Positions 49,468-60,301 of a DNA stretch of 64,000 bases are shown one piece after another. The stretch is from NCBI GenBank assembly GCA_049840735.1, contig JASGJN010000020.1, positions 480,001 to 544,000 on the forward strand. Reading direction: 5' to 3'. Positions within the stretch are counted from its first letter, which is position 1, and every line of letters begins with the position of its first letter. Made by a program: the position numbers and the translations under genes. The notes under the pieces are model-generated. The model did no database searches. It was not told where the DNA came from and saw only the letters and a program-made list of their open reading frames with translations. Source of the DNA: Anaeromyxobacter sp. (GTDB lineage: Bacteria > Myxococcota > Myxococcia > Myxococcales > Anaeromyxobacteraceae).

Positions 49468-49611
49468 GGCGTCGGGGGCTGGGGCGTCCCCGCGCACGGG
49501 GACCACCCCAGCCCCACCCGAGGCGCCGTCATCGCTTCACCCCGGCGCCCGCCGGGGCCATCATCTCGGCCACCAGCGCGCCGCCCTGCGCGGCGCAGGA
49601 GGCCCAAGCCC

Positions 49612-52052
49612 GTGGAACAGCCGGCGATCACCGCTCCCAAGGACGTCTCCAGCCTGCGCGCCAGCGGCAAGGCGCGCGCCAGCATCTCCGGCGCGCCGCT
49701 CTCGCCCGAGGAGCTGCTGCAGGTGGACCTCTTCTGGCGGGCCTGCAACTACCTCGCGGTGGGCATGATCTACCTGCAGCAGAACCCGCTGCTGCGCCGG
49801 CCGCTCGCGCCCGAGCAGATCAAGAACCGGATGCTCGGCCACTGGGGCGCCAGCCCGGCCCTCTCCTTCGTCTACACGCACCTGAACCGCGTCATCCGGC
49901 AGCGCGACCTGGACGCCATCTTCCTGGCCGGCCCGGGCCACGGCGCGCCCGGCGTGCTGGGCCCGGTCTACCTGGAGGGCACCTACTCCGAGGTCTATCC
50001 GGAGAAGGGGCTCGACGAGGAGGGGCTGGAGCGCTTCTTCAAGGAGTTCTCCTTCCCCGGCGGCGTCGGCAGCCACTGCACGCCCGAGACGCCCGGCTCC
50101 ATCCACGAGGGCGGCGAGCTGGGGTACGTGCTCTCCCACGCCTGCGGCGCCGCCTTCGACAACCCGGACCTGATCGTCGCCGCCGTGGTGGGCGACGGCG
50201 AGGCGGAGACCGGCCCGCTCGCCACCTCCTGGCACGTCAACAAGTTCCTCAACCCGGAGCGCGACGGCGCCGTGCTGCCGGTGCTGAACCTCAACGGCTA
50301 CAAGATCAACAACCCCACCCTGCTGGCCCGCATCTCCCACGAGGAGCTGGACGCGCTGCTGCGCGGCTACGGGTGGACGCCCTGCTTCGTGGAGGGCTCG
50401 GACCCGGAGTCGATGCACCAGGCCATGGCGGCCACGCTCGACCACTGCGTGGACGCCATCCGCGAGGCGCAGGCCATGGCGCGCCAGGGCGGCACCACCT
50501 TCCGCCCGCGCTGGCCCATGATCGTGCTGCGCTCGCCCAAGGGCTGGACCGCGCCGGCCGAGGTGGACGGCCACCAGCTCGAGGGCTCGTGGCGGGCGCA
50601 CCAGGTCCCATCGCCGACGTGAAGTCCAACCCGGCCCACCTGCAGCTGCTCGAGCGCTGGATGCGCAGCTACCGCCCGGAGGAGCTGTTCGACGCCAGCG
50701 GCGCCCCGGTCCCGCTCATCCGCGCCCACGCGCCCAGGGGGGCGCGCCGCATGGGCGCGAACCCGCACGCCAACGGCGGGCTGCTGAAGCGCCCGCTGCG
50801 GCTCCCCTCGTTCAAGGACTTCGCCGTCGAGGTGAAGGCGCCCGGCCAGTCCTACGCAGAGAACACGCGGCCGCTGGGCGCGTTCCTGGCCGAGGTGATG
50901 CGGCGCAACCGGGACAACTTCCGGGTCTTCGGCCCGGACGAGAACACCAGCAACAAGCTGACCGCGCTCTACCAGGCCACCAGGAAGCTGTGGCTGGAGG
51001 CGGCCTTCCCGGAGGACGCCGACGGCGCCGAGCTGGCCCGCGACGGCCGCGTGGTGGAGATGCTCTCCGAGCACACGCTGGAGGGGATGGTCGAGGGCTA
51101 CCTGCTCACCGGTCGCCACGCCTTCTTCTCGTCCTACGAGGCCTTCGTCCACGTGATCGACTCGATGTTCAACCAGCACGCCAAGTGGCTGGACATCTGC
51201 AACCGCATCTCCTGGCGCGAGGAGATCGCCTCCCACAACCTGCTGGTCACCTCCACCGTCTGGCGGCAGGACCACAACGGCTTCACCCACCAGGACCCGG
51301 GCTTCCTGGACGTGGTGGTGAACAAGAGCGCCCGCGTCACCCGCATCTACCTGCCGCCGGACGCGAACTGCCTGCTCTCGGTGGCCGATCACTGCCTGCG
51401 CTCCGAGAACTACGTGAACGTGATCGTCTCGGACAAGCAGAACCACCTCCAGTACCTCGACATGCAGGCCGCCGAGATCCACTGCACCAAGGGGATCGGC
51501 ATCTGGGACTGGGCCTCCTCCGACCAGGGGGCCGAGCCGGACGTGGTGGTGGCCACCGCCGGCGACATCCCCACGCTCGAGGCCCTGGCCGGCGTGGCCA
51601 TGCTGCGCGAGGCCTTCCCCGACCTGCGCATCCGCTTCGTGAACGTGGTGGACCTCTTCACGCTCCAGCCCGAGACCGAGCACCCACACGGCCTCTCCGA
51701 CCGGGACTTCGACTCGCTCTTCACCCTCGACCGGCCGGTGATCTTCAACTTCCACGGCTACCCGTGGCTCATCCACCGCCTGGCCTACCGCCGCGCCAAC
51801 CACGGCAACTTCCACGTCCGCGGCTACAAGGAGAAGGGCAACATCAACACGCCGCTCGAGCTGGCCATCTCCAACCAGATCGACCGCTTCTCCATCGCCA
51901 TCGACGTCATCGACCGCGTGGCGCGGCTGCGGGTGGCCGGCGCGCACGTCAAGGAGGCGCTGCGCAACCGGCAGATCGGCTGCCGCCTCTTCGCCCACGA
52001 GCACGGCATCGACCCGCCGGACATCGTGGGCTGGAGGTGGCCGGGGAAGTGA
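49612..52052 (+). CDS. xfp: Xylulose-5-P/fructose-6-P phosphoketolase, -1 frameshift near 50610
   Basis: [28 protein letters not shown] (TPP), [25 protein letters not shown] and RGYKEKG motifs. Confidence 0.93.
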
Positions 52053-52055
52053 GGA

Positions 52056-52376
52056 TCAGGGCAGGTCGCCCTGCCCACCCTGCGTGGCGGGATCCGGCTG
52101 CAGCACCTGGGCCGGGCTCTCCATGTCCGCCAGCGGGATGACCTCGTAGCGGGCGTAGTTGTAGACCGGCGCCGCCGCCAGCAGCCGCTCCAGCTCCTCG
52201 TTGGAGTCCACGTCGTAGATCCAGGCGCCGCCGTGCTTGCCGACCACGTGGTAGCGCTTGTCCAGCTTGCGCCGCGCGATGACGTCCTTGGCGTAGTCGG
52301 GCATCCGCAGCACCGCCTGCACCAGCGCGGCGCTGAGCGGCCGCACGTCCAGCTCCCACAGCACCAGGAACTTCAC
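52056..52376 (-). CDS. Muconolactone-isomerase-like / DUF3303-like small protein
   Basis: MKFLV...GKHGGAWIYDVDSNEELERLL...P.Y.Y..YEVIPL, a dimeric alpha/beta-barrel-type pattern. Confidence 0.6.
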   Translation of the reverse strand: MKFLVLWELDVRPLSAALVQAVLRMPDYAKDVIARRKLDKRYHVVGKHGGAWIYDVDSNEELERLLAAAPVYNYARYEVIPLADMESPAQVLQPDPATQGGQGDLP

Positions 52377-54181
52377 GGCTCGAACCCTCCTGCCGGCGGC
52401 GGCGCGGCCCCACCGAGCGCCCGCTCACCGCGGGCCCGCCGGATCGCCGGCCCGCGCGCCAGCCGCTCCAGCTCCGCCGCCAGCAGCCGCCGGTAGCGGT
52501 CCAGCATCCCGTCCCGCCGCCTCCGCTCCGGCCCGTCCGGCTCGGCTGCGGCGGCGTAGCTCCAGCGCCCCACCTCCAGCGCCGCCAGGCAGGTCCGGTA
52601 GAACGGCAGGGCCGACGGGTCCGCCCCCGGGCCGGCCTGCCGCGCCGCCTCCGCCAGGCGCAGCGCCTCCCCCTCCGTCAGCCCCAGCTCCAGCTGGGCG
52701 CCCGCCACGTCCCAGAGCGCGTCCTGGCAGCCGGCGCGGTCGTGGCCGGCGTGGTGATCCACCCCGTCCGCCTTGGCCAGCCGCCCATCGCCGCGGACCA
52801 GCCACTCCCAGGCCTGGAGCTTCCCGTCCACCTCGACCGGTCTCGCCTCGCGCTCCAGCGCCGGGAGGTACGCCTCCAGCCGGCGCGCCGTCTCGCCCGC
52901 CTCCGGGCCCAGCGCCTCCGCCGCGTTCGCGCAGGCCAGCGCCGCCAGCCGGGCCGGGCTCGCCCCCTCCCAGCCCTCGCGCGGGCGGGCCGCCGAGAGC
53001 GTCACCAGCCGCCGCGCCGCCTCGCGGAGCGCCGGTCGCGGCGCGCCGGCCAGCGGCAGCGGGCGCGCGTCCTCCAGCCAGCGCTCGAAGAGCAGCCCGT
53101 GGCGGAGCGCCAGCGGCGGCGCGGCCAGCCCCACCGCGGCCAGCGCCCTGGCGCGCGCCAGCTTCAGCTCGCCCGTGCGCCCGAGCCCCGCGAAGCGGGC
53201 CAGCACCGGCCCCAGCTCCGCGCGCAGGAGCCACTTGCGCCGCTCCATCCAGCCCTGGCTCGGCGGCCACGCCGCCCCGGCCGCGCCGAACAGGCGCGCG
53301 CGCCAGGCGCCGCCCGCGAGGTCCTCCTCGAGGTGCGCGCGCCCCAGCACGTCCTCCGCCAGCCGCGCCAGCCCGAGCGGCCCCGGCGGCATCAGCAGCC
53401 GCTCCAGCGGCACGAAGTGACGGGGCAGCGCCTGGTAGAGCGCGAGGATCTCCGGCGAGGCCTGCGACCCCGGCGGCCAGGGGTGGCTGGTGAAGAGGTG
53501 CACCCGGCCCGGCGCCGCGCCGGCCTCCAGCAGCGCGGTCGCCACCGCGGCGAGGGAGGAGCCCGAGAGCCCCGGCCCCTCGTCCACCACCGCCACGCGC
53601 GCGCCCGCCGCGGCCGCCCTCCGGAGCGGCGCCGGCAGCGAGAGGCTGCGCTGGTAGGGGTGGCCAGCCGGGCGGACCGAGCAGGGCACCGCGCGGGAGC
53701 CCGCGCCCGCCGCCACCATGGCCGCCAGCGCCGTGCCGATGGAGCGCAGCCCCACCACCAGCGGCGGATCGGCCGCCAGCTCCTGCCCGGCCAGCGCGTA
53801 GGTCTCCGGGTAGAGCGCGTACAGCCCGAACCCCTCTGCGCGCCGGGTGCGGATCCGGTCGGGGAGCGGGTGGCCGAGCAACGTCGCGAGCAGCCGCGGG
53901 CCTGGCGCGGGGACCCGCCCGCCGGCGCGCCAGGACCGCCAGAGCGCGCGGCCCAGGCGGGAAGCCACCCGCATCGAGCCCCGGGCCGCCCCGTCCTCCG
54001 CCCCGCCCTCGGCGTCGCCCAGCCCCTGCGCCAGCTCTCCGGCGCGGGCCAGGCAGGCGCCCAGCGCGGCGTGGCGCTGCGGGCCGGCCGGCGCCCGGGA
54101 CGCCGAGAGCAGCGCGGCGGCCAGCTCCTCCGCCACGTCCCGGGGCGCCTCCAGCCGCTCGCGATCGCCGAAGAACTCCAC
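52373..54181 (-). CDS. Uncharacterised protein with PRTase-like middle domain and kinase-like C-terminal domain
   Basis: VVGLRSIGT and VAVVDEGPGLSGSSL (PRPP-loop-like), then DGKLQAWEW, KADGVDH and QDALWDVAG. Confidence 0.6.
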   Translation of the reverse strand: MEFFGDRERLEAPRDVAEELAAALLSASRAPAGPQRHAALGACLARAGELAQGLGDAEGGAEDGAARGSMRVASRLGRALWRSWRAGGRVPAPGPRLLATLLGHPLPDRIRTRRAEGFGLYALYPETYALAGQELAADPPLVVGLRSIGTALAAMVAAGAGSRAVPCSVRPAGHPYQRSLSLPAPLRRAAAAGARVAVVDEGPGLSGSSLAAVATALLEAGAAPGRVHLFTSHPWPPGSQASPEILALYQALPRHFVPLERLLMPPGPLGLARLAEDVLGRAHLEEDLAGGAWRARLFGAAGAAWPPSQGWMERRKWLLRAELGPVLARFAGLGRTGELKLARARALAAVGLAAPPLALRHGLLFERWLEDARPLPLAGAPRPALREAARRLVTLSAARPREGWEGASPARLAALACANAAEALGPEAGETARRLEAYLPALEREARPVEVDGKLQAWEWLVRGDGRLAKADGVDHHAGHDRAGCQDALWDVAGAQLELGLTEGEALRLAEAARQAGPGADPSALPFYRTCLAALEVGRWSYAAAAEPDGPERRRRDGMLDRYRRLLAAELERLARGPAIRRARGERALGGAAPPPAGGFEP

Positions 54182-54338
54182 CCGGTGATGTTGCTACCGG
54201 TCCGGGGCCCACGGCAGCCCGCGCCCGGGGCGCGGTCGGCCTCGGCGAGCGTACATCCTGGGTGCTCGAGGCCTGGACGGGCGGCGGCGGCGAGCCGACC
54301 TCACCGACGCCGGCCGGTCGCCGTGCCGTGGCCCCAGC

Positions 54339-54665
54339 TCAGAGCTCCGCCCACTCCCGCCCGCCCAGCGCGGGCGGGAGCTGCGGCGGCTCGAGCGCGG
54401 GTGGCTCGGCCAGGGCCCGCGCCGCCTGCGCCGAGGCCAGGCCCCGCAGCTCCACCGGCCGGCCGGTCCGGCGCAGCGCGCCGGCCAGCAGCGACAGCTC
54501 GTGGTCCCGCACCCGCTGGCCCCGCAGATCGACCCGCACGCGCGCGCCGGGGGGAGCGGCCTCCACGGCCTCGACGATCTCCTCCACCGCCTGCGCATCC
54601 AGCGTCCCGTCCGCCCGGGCGATCTCCCAGCAGCATGGGCACCTCTCGATTGGTCCTGCTCCCAT
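54339..54665 (-). CDS. Small hypothetical protein (possibly STAS-like); start uncertain
   Basis: GTLDAQAV...VRVDLRG...LSLLAGAL...VELRGL resembles a STAS_2 pattern. Confidence 0.35.
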   Translation of the reverse strand: MGAGPIERCPCCWEIARADGTLDAQAVEEIVEAVEAAPPGARVRVDLRGQRVRDHELSLLAGALRRTGRPVELRGLASAQAARALAEPPALEPPQLPPALGGREWAEL

Positions 54666-54819
54666 AGCCCTGCAACCCGCGGGCGACCATCCGAAACTCC
54701 CGCCGCCTCCCCCGCTCCCTTCCTAGGCAGCGGCCAGGCGAGCAGGCCTGGGACGGCTGCGACGACGCCGCGTGTCAGCGCGCACCCCTCCCGGCCAGGG
54801 CCGGTGCTAGAACACGGCC

Positions 54820-56775
54820 GTGACCCTCCTCCACGCTGCCGGGCTGCGGCTGACCTTCGGCAGCCGCGCCGTCTTCGACGACCTCACCCTCACCATCGAG
54901 GAGGGCGAGCGGGTCGGCCTCATCGGCGTGAACGGCTCGGGCAAGTCCTCGCTCATGCGCATCCTGGCGCGGGCCGCCGAGCCGGACCGGGGCGAGGTGC
55001 AGCTCCGCCGCGGCGCCACCGTCACCTACCTGCCCCAGGAGCCGCAGTTCGCAGAGGGGGCCACCGTCGCCTCCGAGCTGGAGGTGGCCCGCGCGCCGCT
55101 GAAGGCCGCGCTCGACGCCCACGCGGCGCTGGCGGCGCGGCTCGGGTCCGAGCGCGACCCCGCCTCGCACGACCGGCTGCTGGCCGAGCTGGCCGTCTTC
55201 TCCGACCGGGTGGAGCACCTGGGCGGCTGGGACACATCGCACGAGGCGCGGCGGCTGCTCGATCGCCTGGGAGTGAAGGACTGGGACCGGCCGGTGGCCG
55301 AGCTGTCCGGCGGCGCCCGCAAGCGCGTGGCCATCGCCCGCGCCCTGCTCACCCGCCCCGACCTGCTGCTGCTGGACGAGCCCACCAACCACCTCGACGC
55401 CGACACGGTGGACTGGCTGGAGGAGGAGCTGGACCAGCACCGCGGCGCGCTCCTGCTGGTCACCCACGACCGCTACTTCCTGGACGACCTGGTGGACCGG
55501 ATCGTGGAGATCACGCCGGGCGCGGGCGTGACCAGCTACCCGGGCAACTACGAGGCCTACCTCGAGCAGAAGCTGGAGGCGGAGGCCCTGGCGGCGGACG
55601 CCCAGCACAAGCGCGACCGATGGATTGCCCAGGAGGTGGCCTGGCTGCGGCGGGGCGTGGAGGCCCGGCGCACCAAGAGCAAGGCCCGCATCGACCGGGC
55701 CCGCAAGCTCATGGCCGAGCGCGGCTTCGCGCGGCCCAAGGTGGCCGGCCTGCAGATCGCGCCGCCGCCGCGCCTCTCGCAGATCGTCATCGAGGCCAAG
55801 GGGATTGCCAAGCGGTTCGGCGAGCGGACGGTCCTGCGCGCCGTCGACTTCAACCTGCAGCGCGGCGAGCGGGTGGGCATCGTCGGCCCCAACGGCGTGG
55901 GCAAGACCACCTTCCTGCGCGTGCTGCTGGGCGAGCTGCCGCCCGACCAGGGCGAGGTGGTGGCCGGCAAGCGGACGCGGGTCGCCTACTACGACCAGCA
56001 GCGGACCCGGCTGGACCCGGAGCAGACCGTCTACGAGGTCGCCGGCGGCTCTCCGCCGGGCCGGACCGGCGAGGACTTCATCGAGCTGTCCGGCCGCCGG
56101 GTGGCGCTGCGCGACTACCTCGACGACCTGCTCTTCCCGCCCACCACCCAGCGCATGCAGGTGAAGGCGCTCTCCGGCGGCGAGCGCAACCGGCTCCTGC
56201 TGGCCAAGCTCTTCCTCGAGGGGGCCAACGTGCTGGTGCTGGACGAGCCCACCAACGACCTCGACCTGGTCACGCTCAACGTGCTGGAGCGGCTGCTGCT
56301 CGACTTCGACGGCTCGGTGCTGCTGGTCACCCACGACCGCTACTTCCTCGACAAGGTGGCCACCGCCATCCTGGCCTTCGAGGGGGACGGCCACGCGGTC
56401 CGCTACCCCGGCAACTACGAGCTCTACCGGACGCTCAAGGAGCAGGGCGAGGCCGCCGCCCGCGCCGAGGCCGCCGCGACGGCCCCCGAGCGCCGGACCG
56501 CGCCGCCGCCCACCGCGGCCGCGCCGGCGGAGCGGCCGCGCAAGCCGGGCAAGCTCTCCTTCAAGGAGCAGCGGGAGCTGGAGGGCATCGAGCCCGCCAT
56601 CCTGGCCGCCGAGGAGCGCAAGGGGGCGCTGGAGGCGGCGCTGGCCGACCCCGCCACCTACCAGAAGGACGGCGCCGCCGTGGCCGGGCTGCGGGCCGAG
56701 CTGGAGCAGGTCACCGGCGAGGTGGAGCGGCTCTACGCGCGCTGGCAGGCGCTGGAGGCCGTGCGGGGCGGCTGA
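54820..56775 (+). CDS. uup: ABC-F family ATPase (Uup-like)
   Basis: Two NBDs (GVNGSGKSS, GPNGVGKTT), DEPTNHLD/DEPTNDLD, linker WLRRGVEARRTKSKAR and C-terminal KLSFKEQREL coiled coil. Confidence 0.9.
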   Translation: MTLLHAAGLRLTFGSRAVFDDLTLTIEEGERVGLIGVNGSGKSSLMRILARAAEPDRGEVQLRRGATVTYLPQEPQFAEGATVASELEVARAPLKAALDAHAALAARLGSERDPASHDRLLAELAVFSDRVEHLGGWDTSHEARRLLDRLGVKDWDRPVAELSGGARKRVAIARALLTRPDLLLLDEPTNHLDADTVDWLEEELDQHRGALLLVTHDRYFLDDLVDRIVEITPGAGVTSYPGNYEAYLEQKLEAEALAADAQHKRDRWIAQEVAWLRRGVEARRTKSKARIDRARKLMAERGFARPKVAGLQIAPPPRLSQIVIEAKGIAKRFGERTVLRAVDFNLQRGERVGIVGPNGVGKTTFLRVLLGELPPDQGEVVAGKRTRVAYYDQQRTRLDPEQTVYEVAGGSPPGRTGEDFIELSGRRVALRDYLDDLLFPPTTQRMQVKALSGGERNRLLLAKLFLEGANVLVLDEPTNDLDLVTLNVLERLLLDFDGSVLLVTHDRYFLDKVATAILAFEGDGHAVRYPGNYELYRTLKEQGEAAARAEAAATAPERRTAPPPTAAAPAERPRKPGKLSFKEQRELEGIEPAILAAEERKGALEAALADPATYQKDGAAVAGLRAELEQVTGEVERLYARWQALEAVRGG

Positions 56776-56892
56776 GCAGCCTGTGGAGCACCACCAAGGA
56801 GCGACCCCGGGCCCGCCCCGACCGACGGGGCTCCCCGCAACTCCCCGTCATGACGCCGCGCATCATCCTAGGATCTCCGCGGAGGTGCACCC

Positions 56893-57123
56893 ATGACGAC
56901 CCGGATGCAAAAGGCCGAACCCGTGAAGCGTGACCTCGCCGCCCTGGGCAACACGATCCAGGACGCCGGGCGGTCGATCGCGAAGCTGGCCAGGGACACC
57001 GTCACCGGCGCCGCCGAGGGAGCCATCGGCATGGCCGACGACGCGCTGGCGGCCGCCCGCGGGAAGCTGAAGGGCGCGCGCGCCCGCCTGCACAAGCCGT
57101 CGCACAAGCCACGCGTCTCCTGA
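56893..57123 (+). CDS. Small hypothetical helical protein
   Basis: GGAGG RBS before ATG. 76 aa, amphipathic helical composition. Confidence 0.55.
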   Translation: MTTRMQKAEPVKRDLAALGNTIQDAGRSIAKLARDTVTGAAEGAIGMADDALAAARGKLKGARARLHKPSHKPRVS

Positions 57124-57195
57124 GCTCGCGCCGGCGGCGGAGGGACCGTGAGGTGGCGCGTGACGGCGACCCGCCGCCGTGGTTTGCTGCCCCCG

Positions 57196-57707
57196 ATGCT
57201 CCGCCCTTCCGCCCGGCGCCTGCCGGCCGCGCTCTCCGCCGCGCTGCTCCTCGCCCTGTCCCTGGCCCCGGCCGGCTGCCGCCAGGGCGCCCCCGGCCGC
57301 ACCGGGACCTACGACAGCCGCAGATCCCCGACCGCGAGAAGCGGCTGGAGATCATGCGGCGCTACTACAAGCCGGTCACGCCGGTGGAGGACACCGTCTT
57401 CCACATCGACTACTGGGACAACAGCGCCGGCGTGGTCACCGGTCCGTCCGACGGCGAGCTGCGCATCGTGCTGCGGGTGCCGCGGGAGCGGGTGGACGAG
57501 TGGACCCGGTCCTTCGAGGCCAACCTCCCGCGCCGCGCGGCGCCGGGACCGCTCGGCGACCCGGAGCTCTCCTGGGCCCGGCCGCTGATGGACGCGGCAG
57601 GCTGGAAGCCGCCGGCGACCGACGCCGTGGTCTACGCCCAGGGGGACTCCATCCGCGCCGTCTTCGAGCAAGGCGGGATCGTGATCGTCCGCGAGATCAC
57701 GCACTGA
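57196..57707 (+). CDS. Hypothetical lipoprotein, -1 frameshift near 57320
   Basis: Signal with PAGC lipobox in one frame. The globular body (QIPDREKRLEIMRRYY...DTVFHIDYWDNS...GPSD) is in another frame. Confidence 0.55.
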
Positions 57708-57709
57708 CC

Positions 57710-59533
57710 TCAGGGCCGCGCGCGCGCCAGCAGGCCGCACACCGCCTGGATCAGCGCCGCCGACTCGAACGGCTTCTCGAGGAAGGCCGTCTCCGCCTCC
57801 GCCGCCGGGACCCCCTCGCGGCCGTAGCCGGAGATGACCAGCGCCGGCAGCCCGGGGCGCAGCGCCCTCAGCCGCTCCAGCAGCTCGCGCCCGCCCATGG
57901 CCGGCATGGCCAGGTCGGTGACCAGGAGCTCGAACCGGCCCGCCTTCCGCTCCCACTCCAGCAGCGCGTCCTGCCCGTGCCGCGCCGCGGTCACCTGCAT
58001 CCCGGCCCGGACCAGGATGCGGACCAGCGACCCGCGCACCGCCGCCTCGTCCTCCACCACCAGGACCGGGATGCCTGCCAGGCTGCGCGCCGGGACGGCG
58101 GCCTCCCCGCCCGGCTCGGCCTGCTCCGCCGCCACGAGCGGCAGCTCGACGGTCACCGCGGTGCCCTGGCCAGGCGCCGAGGAGAGCTCCACCGCGCCGC
58201 CGGCCTGGGCCGCGAACCCGTGCACCATGGCCAGCCCCAGCCCCGTCCCCTCGCCCGGCGCCTTGGTGGTGAAGAAGGGCTCGAAGGCCCGGGCGCGGGT
58301 GGCGTCGTCCATGCCCAGGCCCGTGTCGGTGACCGTCAGGGTGGCGAACGGCTCCCGCTCGCGCAGGGTGCGCCCCACCTCCAGCGTCAGGGTCCCGCCC
58401 GCCGGCATCGCGTCGCGGGCGTTGACCGCCAGGTTGATGATGGCCTGCTGCAGCTGGCCCGGATCGACCCGCACCCGCACCGGCCCATGCGCCGGGAGGA
58501 CGAACAGGCCGATGCCGGGCGGCAGGAGCCGGCGCAGCATCCGCTCCACCTCGGCCGCGGCCTGGTTCAGGTCCACCACCCGCGCCTCGAAGACGCTCCG
58601 GCGACCGAAGGCCAGCAGCTGGCGCGTGAGGCCCGCCCCCTTCCGCGCGGCGACCAGGATCTCCTCGACGTCGCCTCGCGCGACGTGCCCCTGCGGCAGG
58701 CCATCCAGCGCCAGCTCCGCGCAGGAGAGGATCACCGCCAGCAGGTTGTTGAAGTCGTGGGCCACGCCGCCCGCCACCCGCCCCACCGCCTCCAGCCGCT
58801 GCGCCGCCCGCAGCGCCTCCTCGGCCTCGCGCTGCGCGCTGACGTCCTCCAGGATCACCACGTCGAAGCGGGGAGCGCCGGCCTCGTCGAGGACCGCCGC
58901 CAGCGTGGCGCTGGCGTGCGCCACCCGGCCGTCCCTGCGGATGCAGCGGAGGTCGACGCGCCGCGGCGCCGCGGCGCTGCCCGCGGCCGCGATCAGCGGC
59001 CGGTCCTCCGGGTGGGCCACCGCCTCCAGGCCGGCCTGGCGCAGCTCCTCCAGGGAGCGCCCGGTGAAGGCCTGCAGCGCCGGGTTCGCGTCCTGGATCC
59101 GGCCGTCCGGCCCGCGCAGCGCGATGCCCAGCGGCCCGTGGTCGAACACGGCCCGGAAGCGCGAAGCGCTCTCCCGCAGCGCCTCCTCGGCCCGCCTCCG
59201 CTCGGTGACCTCGGAGAAGAAGATCCCCGGCCCATCCGGCGACGGGAAGACGCGGTTCTCGAACCAGCAATCCCAGGGTGGGTAGTAGTCCTCGAAGAAG
59301 ACCGGCTGCTGGGTGGCCAGCGCCCGCTCGTAGTGGCGGTGGAACGGCTGGCCGACGCCCTCCGGGAACTCCGTCCAGATGTGCTTGCCCACCAGCGCGG
59401 CGGGGTCGCGCCGGAACAGCTCGCCGGCGCGCGCGTTGACGTACACGTACCGCCAGTCGCGATCGAGCGCGACGAACGCGTCGGTCATGCGCTCCAGCGT
59501 GTCGCGGAGCAGCTCGTACGACGGGGGGCTCAC
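57710..59533 (-). CDS. Hybrid sensor histidine kinase (2 PAS + HisKA + HATPase + receiver)
   Basis: DAFVALDRDWRYVYVN, AHDFNNLL, NLAVNARDAM, FEPFFTTK, GTGLGL and VTDLAMP motifs. Confidence 0.93.
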   Translation of the reverse strand: MSPPSYELLRDTLERMTDAFVALDRDWRYVYVNARAGELFRRDPAALVGKHIWTEFPEGVGQPFHRHYERALATQQPVFFEDYYPPWDCWFENRVFPSPDGPGIFFSEVTERRRAEEALRESASRFRAVFDHGPLGIALRGPDGRIQDANPALQAFTGRSLEELRQAGLEAVAHPEDRPLIAAAGSAAAPRRVDLRCIRRDGRVAHASATLAAVLDEAGAPRFDVVILEDVSAQREAEEALRAAQRLEAVGRVAGGVAHDFNNLLAVILSCAELALDGLPQGHVARGDVEEILVAARKGAGLTRQLLAFGRRSVFEARVVDLNQAAAEVERMLRRLLPPGIGLFVLPAHGPVRVRVDPGQLQQAIINLAVNARDAMPAGGTLTLEVGRTLREREPFATLTVTDTGLGMDDATRARAFEPFFTTKAPGEGTGLGLAMVHGFAAQAGGAVELSSAPGQGTAVTVELPLVAAEQAEPGGEAAVPARSLAGIPVLVVEDEAAVRGSLVRILVRAGMQVTAARHGQDALLEWERKAGRFELLVTDLAMPAMGGRELLERLRALRPGLPALVISGYGREGVPAAEAETAFLEKPFESAALIQAVCGLLARARP

Positions 59534-59602
59534 ACCCCGCCCATCCTAGCTCCCCTCGCCGCGGAGCGCGCGCGCGGGCCCTGGGCCACCGGCGACCCAG
59601 GC

Positions 59603-60142
59603 CTACTGCTGCCCCGCCGCCATCATGTCGCCCCACCCGCCCTCGACCATGGCCTTGGCCTTCCAGGCCCCGCCCTTGCGGATCACCACCAGGCCGCTGG
59701 TGCCGGTGACCTTGCCCTTGCCCATCTTCATGGTCCAGGGCGTGCCCACCAGCGCCAGCGAGTCCGAGATCAGCACGATGGTGGGCTTGGCGTAGGAGGT
59801 CATGCCGGCGGGCATGGGCTGCGCGTAGAACGGCTTCATGGTCTCGATCCACTGCTCGCGGGTCCAGGCCTCGCCGCCGGCCTCGCCCTTGGCGTCGTCG
59901 GTGACCATCAGCACCGGGAAGTCGACCAGCGCGGCGGCGGCCTCCAGGTCGCCCTTCTCCGACGCGGCCTGCATCTGCTTGAAGAACGCCGCCAGCTCCT
60001 TGCGATCCTTGTCGGCGTGCTTCACCACCGGCGGCTTCCAGCCGCCCATGGGATCGCTGCCGGTGGAGGGCTGCTCGGCCAGGGCGGGCAGCGCGAGGAG
60101 GACGGTGGCCGCCAGGAGCGCGGCGCGGGGCGCGTGGGACAT
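59603..60142 (-). CDS. Exported NTF2-like (SnoaL/DUF4440-type) protein
   Basis: Signal peptide, KGDLEAAAALVDFP and C-terminal VIRKGGAWK motifs. Confidence 0.6.
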   Translation of the reverse strand: MSHAPRAALLAATVLLALPALAEQPSTGSDPMGGWKPPVVKHADKDRKELAAFFKQMQAASEKGDLEAAAALVDFPVLMVTDDAKGEAGGEAWTREQWIETMKPFYAQPMPAGMTSYAKPTIVLISDSLALVGTPWTMKMGKGKVTGTSGLVVIRKGGAWKAKAMVEGGWGDMMAAGQQ

Positions 60143-60301
60143 GATGGACTCCGGGTGAACAGGTGTGAGCGTTAACCTCATCGCGGCACCAGGGCGCCGC
60201 CGCGCACCGCGCGGGGCATGCCCCGACCAGGCCGCCGGGCCCGAGCGGGGCTGGCCGGACCTGCTGCGGCCGGATACCTCCAGCCACCACTGGAGGCGGA
60301 C

